Of a stretch of 64,000 bases of DNA, positions 13,394 to 22,362 are shown one piece after another (position 1 is the first letter of the stretch; the number at the start of each line of letters is the position of its first letter). A program made the translations under genes and the position numbers. Location of the stretch: contig JAHLWZ010000790.1 of the NCBI GenBank assembly GCA_020536535.1, forward strand, positions 310,001-374,000. The letters are read 5' to 3'. The notes under the pieces are model-generated. The model was not told the origin of the DNA. It saw nothing but the letters and a program-made list of their open reading frames with translations, and did not search any database. Origin of the DNA: Pelomyxa schiedti. Taxonomy: Eukaryota > Protista > Evosea.

Positions 13394-13436
13394 CAAAACA
13401 AAACAAAACAAAACAAAACAAAACAAAACAAAAAAA
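13394..13436 (+). repeat. (CAAAA)n simple repeat just downstream of the PP2C stop
   Basis: About 7-8 perfect CAAAA units. Confidence 0.9.
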
Positions 13437-13658
13437 GTCCTCGTCTTACGATGGTGTTCAATAGGAAAGGTTTGGTCTTTTAGAGAAGAAATTTAAACGA
13501 GACGCGTCAAAATTCAATTGTTGCAGTTGCGGCATTAAATTTTTTTTTCTTCCTGCGAGATTAAAAAAAACAATAAACTCGCTGTTTTTTTTTCTTTTTT
13601 GGCCACCATCGAATCTACACCACCCGCCGTGTGAGGGGTTCCGGAACTACGACAAACA

Positions 13659-14539
13659 ATGCCCTCAAGGAGGTACTCAGTCGAGCCCGAAAACGCGACA
13701 AAGAGTGAGTATTTTTTCCGTGTCGGCCGATACCATTTTTTTTCGCCCGACGCGTCCACCTTGGACCGTTTTTCTCTTCCTATTTTGTTTGTTCCATGCG
13801 CTCCACCTTGTTGCGATAATCATCTCACTGGCACCAAGGCTGCAAGGCTCGCGGTTCTGATTTACGTGTTCACTTCAAGGTTTTTTCAATCGCACCTCCC
13901 CCAGCGCAGTAAATTTAAAATGACAGAACACACGCGAGACTGCATCCGCAATAAAGGGAATGAAGCTCCCACGCGCCAAGGCCTACCTTAGCCACGTTAT
14001 TGCACACAAGGAAATTGTCCCGTTCCGCCGCTACTGCTATGGCGTCGGACACAAATCTCAATGCAAGGCCTGGGTGCGTTTTCAATAGAACGTCACCATG
14101 TGTGTAACATGTTTGCTTGTAGAAATGCAATGCCGGTCGCTGGCCCAGAAAATCTTGCGAGTTTTTACTGGCACTCCTCAAGAATGCACAGGCCAATGCC
14201 GAGGCAAAGGGACTTGAGTACGAAGCCCTTCGCATTGCCCACATTCAGGTCCAGAAAGCTCAAAAGCAACGCCGCAGGACATACAGAGCTCACGGCCGCA
14301 TTAACCGTGTGTTTCTTTTCTCACACCTTCAACTGTTTGCCATTTGAATTCTAACCCTGTTTTTCTCCTTTTCCTTTCTCTTTTCCACAGCCTTCATGTC
14401 ACAACCCTGCCACATCGAGATCATTTTGACAGAGGATGACCACGTTATTAAGAGCACCACCGAACCAGTGAAGGAAACCAAACCAAAGAAGATTTCCAGG
14501 AAGAAGCAGGCACGCGAGAGGGCCGAGAGAAGGGATTGA
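13659..14539 (+). CDS. RPL17: 60S ribosomal protein L17 (uL22)
   Basis: Four introns removed give [79 protein letters not shown]. Confidence 0.97.
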
Positions 14540-14588
14540 AGTAAAGAATAGGAAATTTTCTACAACAAAGTTTCTTATGTGTTCTGTT

Positions 14589-15590
14589 TCAGTTTTTTTT
14601 TTTAGCTTCGATTTGTTTCTTAGACTTGTGTCCTTGCTTCTTGAGGATAATAATAAGCACTGATATTCCAAAGGCCACGAAATTGAAGACCATAACGGCT
14701 CCTACTATCCCACCAGCGAGCGCTAGTGTCCACAGTTCTTTTGAATCGTAGATAAAGAAGGCGTAGAGTCGCATGGTATTATCAAATTCACCGGGGTAAG
14801 AGAGAACTGTAAGGACATGAGTGGGAGGTGATACAAACGAGCTGTTATTGGAGAGGGAATGGAACCTTCTGCGGGGTCACAGTGGCAGTCATATGTTTGT
14901 CCAACCTCGAACTGTTCAATATCTTCATTTGCTGTGTCTTCGTCAGTCCACACAGCATGATGAGTAGTCGCCAGAGCAGTTCTGTTCTCGTATCTAAAAT
15001 AAAAAGAGATGTATGTTGGAAAAAGGAACCCAGGAGAGCATGGAGTTGGCTCTCGTACGTTTCACCATCGATTGTTATATTAACACTCCACTGAGCACGA
15101 AAATTTCCTAGGCCGTCACCAAAGTAAGTATCCTCCAAAACGTCTGTTTTTTTTTTTTTTGTTTTGTTTTTTTTTGTTTGTTTTGTTAGCTGTTGAAAAC
15201 CACTCAGCTATTATATTTCTCTACATATATATATATAATATATATATATTTTAAAAAAGAACCGCTGTCCATAATGAAGCAGGAGCCCAAAACTATAGCA
15301 TTCTTGTTCCTCACGTGCTTTGTGAAGCCCCAGGCGCCCAGGGCAGCGAAGCCACAGGCGAAAGCGCCAAACACCAGCACGAGGGCCAGGGCTCTGAGCC
15401 ACTTGCGCTTTAGCAGCGACCTCCCGCGAGCAGGGAGCGGGGCATCAGGGACCCCTGACTTGCGGTTGGCCTCCTTGGCTTTCTCCGCTGCCTCCTTCTC
15501 GGCGTTGTAGGTGTCGGTGGTCCCGTGTTGCAAGTCGAGTACCTGGATGTCCGCTTTGGTGTCCGTCGCCGCGCCGGTTGCTCCTGACAT
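14589..15590 (-). CDS. Two-TM membrane protein with Cys-containing extracellular loop, BK-channel beta-subunit (CaKB)-like topology
   Basis: TM1 WLRALALVLVFGAFACGFAALGAWGF; loop with GSC..AQWSVNI..FEVGQTYDCHCDP; TM2 LALAGGIVGAVMVFNFVAFGISVLIIIL; K-rich tail. The family assignment rests on topology and the loop motif only. Confidence 0.55.
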
Positions 15591-15849
15591 TGGGATTATG
15601 GGTGCGGGTGTTGGGCGGTTGCGAGTGACGACGAGTGAGTTGGGATCTGAACGGCCGTTGCCACGCAATTACTTTAAAGCACCACCACGAACAAAGACTG
15701 ATCATTAATGATCTCTGAAGTTGCCCAGCTCCTCTATAAGGAGTTCACCAAGTGCTACACCACTGGTCTGAAACCATTCCTTCATCGGGGAAACACTTGG
15801 GGCCTCTGGGCTTGATTGATCAGAGAAAAACTGCAAGGCTTCCTCCGGA

Positions 15850-18800
15850 ATGGATGAGATTGTGCGTAGCGTGCAACAGACCACGCGCACGTCCCATAAG
15901 TCGTAAATAAATGTCGTTGTGTTGGAGAAGCGTTTAAGGCCGGTGGGTGACTTCTTCTTCTAAACCCACACAGGAGGCACTAAGGGAACAATTGAGGCTG
16001 TTGCAAGCACAACCAGCCAGCTATGTACTGACTGAAAGGAATGTAGTTGAACTAGGTGCTTTCTTTCATATACTGATTTTTTTGTTGTTTTTTTTTTACT
16101 CACGGTTCAAAAAGTTTTCAAGTGTTCCAAATTGCACATGCTTCCTCAGTTGATTTTCACACTGGATGGAAAGGTACTATGGACACAGAGTTATCCACCT
16201 CCTCTTAATAGCACCACAGGAATTCATGACTCCAACAAGGCTTTACCAGGAAATTGAGGACGAATTGAATGCACGTGGCGGTATCGCTTCACAATATGGA
16301 TGCCTAATCGCCTTACAATTAATTTCCAGGCCGGGCAGACACTCTCTCCTTTGCAGACTTCCTGCACATCAATCAATCCGACTTTGATGAACAATTGCCG
16401 GCATTCCTTAAAGCCAAACCAACAATAGTTTTAGTGGGATCTGATCTTATCTCCAAGTGATATTCATGCCTACTAAACCTTTTCTTACACCTCCACCAGA
16501 CTGTACTTTGACAGAATGTGTGAAGAAGTGAATCAGGATCTGCGAGTTTCTGGAGAAGTAACTATTGATGAGTTATGTAAGAAATTTGAGCTGTCTTCTG
16601 ACATGTTTACTCAAGTAAGCCAATTGAATTGACAAATAAGTACCCTCAAGTTTTTATTTTAGGTTCTCACTGAAAGATTGGGTACTGTTGTTCATGGAAC
16701 TTTGGATGGTGGTGTTATCTACACCCAAAGTACCTCTGTGTTGCCCTTTTTCCTCTTTGTCTCACTGTTTTAATGCAAAGCCTTAATTGATAAACATTAT
16801 GCCATGGCACGGGGTTTATTGAGAGCCGCTACCTATCCCATTGATTTGCGAAGTATAACTCATAAGAGAAAACTGAATGACAGTATCTTCATGTCTGCTG
16901 TGGAGGAATTGATAAAAGATCATCAAGCTGATGGGATCGTTGAGTCGGGAGTCTGTGCGTTGCCAACATGTCCTGTTTATTCTCATTCAGCTTTTAGTTA
17001 CTCCTCATGTGTATTTGAAGGCAAGATCTCAATATGTTAATTCCTTCTTTACTCAGAATGGGTTCGTTGGTAGCATTTTTTTTTTTTTGAATTCCCCATA
17101 ACAATCCCCAGAATACAAGATGGCTGAGAAATTGGGGGCTGGCAGGTATTTCATTGAGAACTACTTGCCAAAAAACTCAGCTGTATTTTTGTCTACCTGC
17201 TGTCTTCGCACATCTTTCGTGGATTGCATTGAAACAGTGCTTATTGATGTGATAACAGATAAAAACTGGATTGACGTGGCCGTATGCACCATTGAGAGTT
17301 GTTTCCATAAAGACCAACAACTGAAACACACAAAAAGCAATACCTTCCCTCAGTGGTAACCAAGGCTGATATCAAGCAGCTTCTTGAGAAGTGCCCTACA
17401 GTATGTGACAGTGCACAACCAAAGGTCGTTATCTTGGACTCCACTGTTATCAGCTTGGATTTGCTGAAAACCATTATGGCATCTTTCGAAAAAGATCTTT
17501 ATGTCAAAGCAGCAGCCCATGCAGGAACAGTCAAGGCAAAACCAACTAAACCGAAAAAAAAAGAGGCCCCAACAAAGAAAGGTCGTGGAGCAGACCGTAG
17601 AAAGAAAATTGAGGAGGAGGAAGAGTTGGAGGAGGAACCGCCAGGGTTACAAGTTTCTGTGGAGGAAATCACAGAATTTTGCAAAAAATTCATAAAGGAT
17701 GACCCTGATGGTGAAGTAGCTGAAGCAGTGGCCATTCACCTTAGCGAGTACTCTAGCCATTACATTCCACAATCTAACTCTTTCCCCACAGCCAGGTTGA
17801 AGAAATGTATGCCAAGCTCGTTTCAGCCCTCAGTGTTGACAAAAGTGCTCTGCAAAAGGACTTATTTTCCAAGCTTCAGGAGCACTTGTGCAACCTTCTC
17901 ACGGATTCCACGTTAGGAATAAATGTACTGTCACTCCTGCCAGGTTTTGGTTCTTTGCCACAAAAATTTTTTAAAATCTGTGTTTGCATTAGCTGAAGAG
18001 GGAAGCTTTACTGAGAAGCACATACTTCGAACCTGGTGCACAGACATACTCAACATCCTAGTTTATTCCCAGGCAATAGACCAGGGTGTTCCAATTCCCC
18101 CGTCAGTTCCGTCAACTGCTCCTCCCACGCTCGTCACTTCCCCGGAATTAGTGTTTCTAGAAAAAGATGCCCCAGCGCCGCATACGGCAACACCACTGCT
18201 AACTCCTCAAGAGAGGGGAGCATTGATGAAACAGTTGTCGGAAGATGTAGCGGAAACACTTAACACCTTCCTTGCTCTAATTCAGAAAGGGGTACCTGCT
18301 AAAATTCAGATTTGATGAAGTTTAATTCTTTTCCTCTAGAAATTGAGACCATTTTTAGACGCGCTCCCTGATGTATGTGAGACATACCAATTTCATCTTA
18401 GGAAGATTGATAAGCGATTGGAGAGGTATGATACCTTAGCTTCTTTTTTTAACACTATTTCCTTAGAGAGAGGGTTTTGTTGTGGCTACATAACCTTGAG
18501 AGGTGGCTCAAACAAGAATCTGATTGTCCTACTGCCTTGCATCTTTCCCTTGAATTACTCAATTCACGGAAACACAATGCAATAGTTTTCACACCCCCCA
18601 GGTTTAGTGGAATTCAATATGAAAATCAAATTTACACATCACTTTAGGTGCGTACCTTGGCTACTTGGGAACATTGAGCATAGTGTCCCCGCACCAGTTC
18701 TTCAACAACTCGAGGAATACCACTCCTATGTAGGCAAGTTCCTCAGAATCCACAACACCGGAGCCGAAGTAGTGCCGACACAAACAACCACCACATCCAA

Positions 18801-19020
18801 GTCCAGCAAATCAGCACCCACAACACTAGGTGACACAAACACACTAGCGGAGCTCACTACCTCTATGACGGCCAAACTTCCGGCTCTAATTACCGCGACT
18901 CTCCAGTGCACAGAACTTCAATCATCCACCCCAATCTCTGCACCACCACTTACCACACCACAATCCACACAGCCCACACCCTCAGCCTCCAAAGACAGGA
19001 GCAGGAAGGGAAGAAGATAA
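15850..19020 (+). CDS. UFL1: E3 UFM1-protein ligase 1
   Basis: Spliced MDEIEALREQLRLLQAQ..LTERNVVEL, FTLDGKEFMTPTRLYQEIEDELNARGGR, YFDRMCEEVNQDLRVSGEVTIDELCKKF, RGLLRAATYP, QNGF and WIDVA match the UFL1 N-terminal winged-helix array as I recall it. Confidence 0.92.
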
Positions 19021-19090
19021 ATGAGGAATCAAAAAAAAAAAAAAAAAGGGGGTTCAAAAGAAAAGCCTTCATTATCTTTACTCTAGGTAA

Positions 19091-19459
19091 TTATGAAGAG
19101 AAACATGGTTCTATGCACAGAACAAAAGGGTCTGTGGGCTCCCCCAAGGCATTCGCTGAAGCAGATTGGTCTGGAGAATGGTCCTGCGAGAATTTGCGGC
19201 GTAGTAATTTCGCAGGAGATTTTCTGCACGAGGAGAGTCGCTCTTGTAGTGACTGCTGGTATTGGTCCCATTCCTCAGTGGCAGGTAGGGAGCAGATACC
19301 AGATCCAGAATCCGCCGCTTGTGAGGGACCGAGGAACTCTGACGAAAGCCACTTCACAAACACAGCGTCGTAGGCCCTGAGCCTCTGATCGCACACACGA
19401 GCCGAGTCCGTGTTTTGGTCCACCCACAAGTCTCGTGCTCGTCGTGACTTTTTCTCCAT
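19091..19459 (-). CDS. Mdm35/TRIAP1 (UPF0203)-like protein with degenerate twin-CX9C motif; may start upstream at ATG 19646 via one intron
   Basis: VCDQRLRAYDAVFVKWLSSEFLG...C...EEWDQYQQSLQERL aligns by eye to Mdm35 [41 protein letters not shown] and TRIAP1 CTDMKREYDQCFNRW..KRYQQCV (reference sequences from memory). Confidence 0.7.
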   Translation of the reverse strand: MEKKSRRARDLWVDQNTDSARVCDQRLRAYDAVFVKWLSSEFLGPSQAADSGSGICSLPATEEWDQYQQSLQERLSSCRKSPAKLLRRKFSQDHSPDQSASANALGEPTDPFVLCIEPCFSS

Positions 19460-19732
19460 GTTAGTGCCACAACTCTCCACCCGAGAGTCACAACTACCTT
19501 CACAGCAGCAGGATTTCGTTGTAGTGGATGAATGCTCTACCCCGACGGCGTGCACTGGTTCCCCGTGGTTAGCGTCAGTATGTTGTGACTGTGTATTCCA
19601 GTTACGAAACGTGGGGTTACAGGACGAGTACTGTTCCGGTGCCCATGTTGATCACAATCTTCGGTTCAAGTCGGCTTGATGATTCTTGGAAATCCAGGAT
19701 AATCGGAAAAATCGGAGTTGGAAAGTCGACGA

Positions 19733-20760
19733 ATGTGGGCCGTTGGCCACGCGGCAGCGAGTTATTTGGCGGCCACGACGCTCGTTTGGTGCTACAACGC
19801 CGCGTGCTCTGCGAAATTGCTGAAAAATCACACCCCAATTGACTTGAGCGCGCGCCTGCTGTTCTGCGTGGTGTTGTGCAGTAACTGGCCTGATTTCGCG
19901 CATTATGGGAGCCTGCGTATCCTTACCCATAATGGGCTCGCTGTGCTTTTCGCCCCCGCGATAGGCATCATTCTGCTGAACATGGCATTGGGCCCAATGC
20001 GAGTTTGGCTCCTTTCCCCTCCCTCTCAGTTCATCATGACTCACCCATTATTGCAACTCACCTCCGTTTTCTCGTTGGGGTTGGTATGTTTGTTGACGAC
20101 GACGCTCACTTGCCTGTACACTGACAGAGGCTTCATTTGAACCAACTTGGCGTTGTTGTTGTGAGTAGCTTGTGCCATGGCTTGTGTGACACAGTTTTCG
20201 GCACATTTCATTATCTCTACCCCTTTTCTTCCAAGTCACTCTCTGTGTACCTATTCAACACCCCGCATGACAAGGTTTTCGATTCATCTCAAATTCTTTT
20301 TCAAAATATATCCTTCGCTGTAATAGTTCTAACCCTGGGTTCGCAGGCAGCGGAAATTGCTCTTGCAATTCCTTTCCTGGTCATTTTCCTTGTGACTGGG
20401 CACCGGCAGCGTATTGCACACTTCTTCTGCTGCAGCAAACACAACTCTAAGGGGGCCTCTGGCTCTGCTACCAAAGCAGAGAAGCTTGTTATGTGGCTGT
20501 ACTGTGTGTTCCTGACACTACAATATGCACTGTTCATACGGACAAACCCAGAGTGCCTCACACTCAACAGCCGGTGGTATGCCTGGCAATTCACTGTGGT
20601 GTTCGGCTTGTTTTATGGGGTGATGGCCTCAATTCCCCTTCATGAGGTTTCCTGTATGTTATTTCAAGGGCGTTGATTGTTTATTGCAAAGTTCACCGAG
20701 CCATTGGAACAAAGGAATAACTACCTTGCTTTGCCCTTTCCTTTTTTTTTAAGACCGTGA
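19733..20760 (+). CDS. Multi-pass membrane protein, YdjM/DUF457-like putative metal-dependent hydrolase; 3' end uncertain (20676 or 20760)
   Basis: MWAVGHAAASYL start; SNWPDFAH, RILTHN, LCHGLCD and LYPFS motifs in the order typical of PF04307; multiple hydrophobic segments; one intron joins ORFs 19718-20140 and 20137-20676 in phase 0. Confidence 0.55.
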
Positions 20761-20897
20761 CGATGATCGAATTCCCTCACAACTACTCTGTGAATTTGGT
20801 TGTTCTTCATCTGGTCTCAGAAAAGTTTACACCACATACAATGATGGAATCCATTGTCACAAAGCCAAGACGCTTATCAAAGGGCAAGTTCCTGACA

Positions 20898-21242
20898 TTA
20901 GAACTTTCCTGTAAGAATAATATAAGTCACTCACAGCGAAGAGATGTAGAGGTTATTTCATTTTATTTCATACCAAATAGCAAGGCCAGTCCAGTCCAGT
21001 CCATGCTGTCTGCTAACGCAAGCTCTGGTGAGAGTATAATACCTCCCGTGCCTTGTCCCTGGAAATACAGGTCCACACCAAGTCCAAATAGCTTCAAGTA
21101 TCTAGCTTTAGTTCCCATGATATGCTGTTCACAAAGAACAGCTTAATCGTTGACAGTGTTGACGGACTTGGATTGAGTAGTGAGCCAAACGGACACCGCA
21201 TGAAGGCGAGCCACAGACAGTACAATAGAAGGGAGCGGCCAT
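20898..21242 (-). CDS. Hypothetical small (~75 aa) Cys/His-motif protein
   Basis: ATG 21242 plus a GT-AG intron (21196-21142) gives MAAPFYCTVCGSPSCAVLCEQHIMGTKARYLKLFGLGVDLYFQGQGTGGIILSPELALADSMDWTGLALLFGKF. The 3' splicing is ambiguous. Confidence 0.3.
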
Positions 21243-21442
21243 GATAGTCTGGAACTGCAGCCATGAACAAACTGTCTTCCATGGAGGCCCTGGACATCAC
21301 CACTGCTGCTTCGTGTGTCTGGCTGCTGTGAATCCCACGCAACTGGTCGTTGCAACTAAGAAGTGTTTGGCTATCCGGACCACGACAATGCCATCAATCT
21401 GGTAACCAAATTGCTTAGATTCAGAAAAGATGTTTTTGTGCT

Positions 21443-22190
21443 ATGATTTCGTCTGCAGCCAGTGTGTTCACTCCGAGCCCTCCATCTACCATTATTTCGT
21501 TTGCTGTAAACCAGCACAGTCCCGGTGTTGTTGGTCGGCGAGCAAATGGCACTGCAGCAACCCCACAAGTCGACTTCACAGTTGGTAGGCCTTATGCACT
21601 AAAGGAAGGAAACGAACAACGGAAACAAATAAACATTGCTCTTCTTCGCGTAGTAGCCATTTCACTTGTAACACAGAGGACCGATGGGGCAAACTGCATA
21701 ACGTGAGAGCCAATGTTGGTACTTCCGTTTGGGAAGCAGTGCGGAACGCCGGTATTGAAATCGAAGGTCAGTATTTGAGGTCACATTTATATAGCATAGA
21801 CACATTTATTTTATTTATTCGTTTACAAATTAACGAACGTTTTACAGGGGCCTGTGAGGGTAGCTTGGCTTGTGGGATGTGAGTGCATTGTCCTTGTTAT
21901 TCCTATTTTTTTTTAACTGAACTGTTTGGCGTTACATTACATAACACTTCATTCACGTTCTAGGTGCCATGTTCACATTGATAAAGAACACGCTAAGAAA
22001 TTCCCACCACCAGTACAACAAGAAAAAGATACCTTAATGTTTGCTCCCAATAGATCAGCCACGTAGGGAATAGACCCAAGCCACACCACAATACTCACCA
22101 AAAACCAAAACCAGATCTCGTCTTTCTTGTGCCTTACTTATCAACCACGATTCATCCAGCATGCTCGTCAAGATACCTAACTCAAGTTGA
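21443..22190 (+). CDS. FDX: Adrenodoxin-type [2Fe-2S] ferredoxin with N-terminal presequence (absent from the ORF track because of introns)
   Basis: Four introns removed give ..QVDFTVEDRWGKLHNVRANVGTSVWEAVRNAGIEIEGACEGSLACGMCHVHIDKEHAKKFPPPVQQEKDTLMFAPNRSATSRLSCALLINHDSSSMLVKIPNSS, with the C-x5-C-x2-C..SRLSC ligand set. Confidence 0.9.
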
Positions 22191-22362
22191 CCGTATCGAA
22201 GATACTAAAGGGGCAAAGTCAAGGAGAGACCACTATTATTCGGCGTAAAATAGGTTTTCTTTTTCGCCTTCGTGCCGGGCAATTCTGCCACCGGTTACAA
22301 CCAAAGGAAAAAACGAAAGTTAATCTGTTTTTTTTTTTTTTTTTAAAAACTGAAAAAGGCTG

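Noticed and set aside
13705-13838. Unusually long RPL17 intron 1 as a possible snoRNA host
   Set aside because: No C box (RUGAUGA) / D box (CUGA) pair or convincing H/ACA double hairpin is visible, only short GC stems.
15705-15890. 61-aa minus-strand ORF between the BK-beta-like gene and UFL1
   Set aside because: It has no ATG start or recognisable motif, and it overlaps the UFL1 first exon and the divergent promoter.
21925-22165. Possible small spliced membrane ORF on the minus strand (MLDESWL...WWWEFLSVFF)
   Set aside because: It fully overlaps the ferredoxin exons on the plus strand, which explain the sequence far better.
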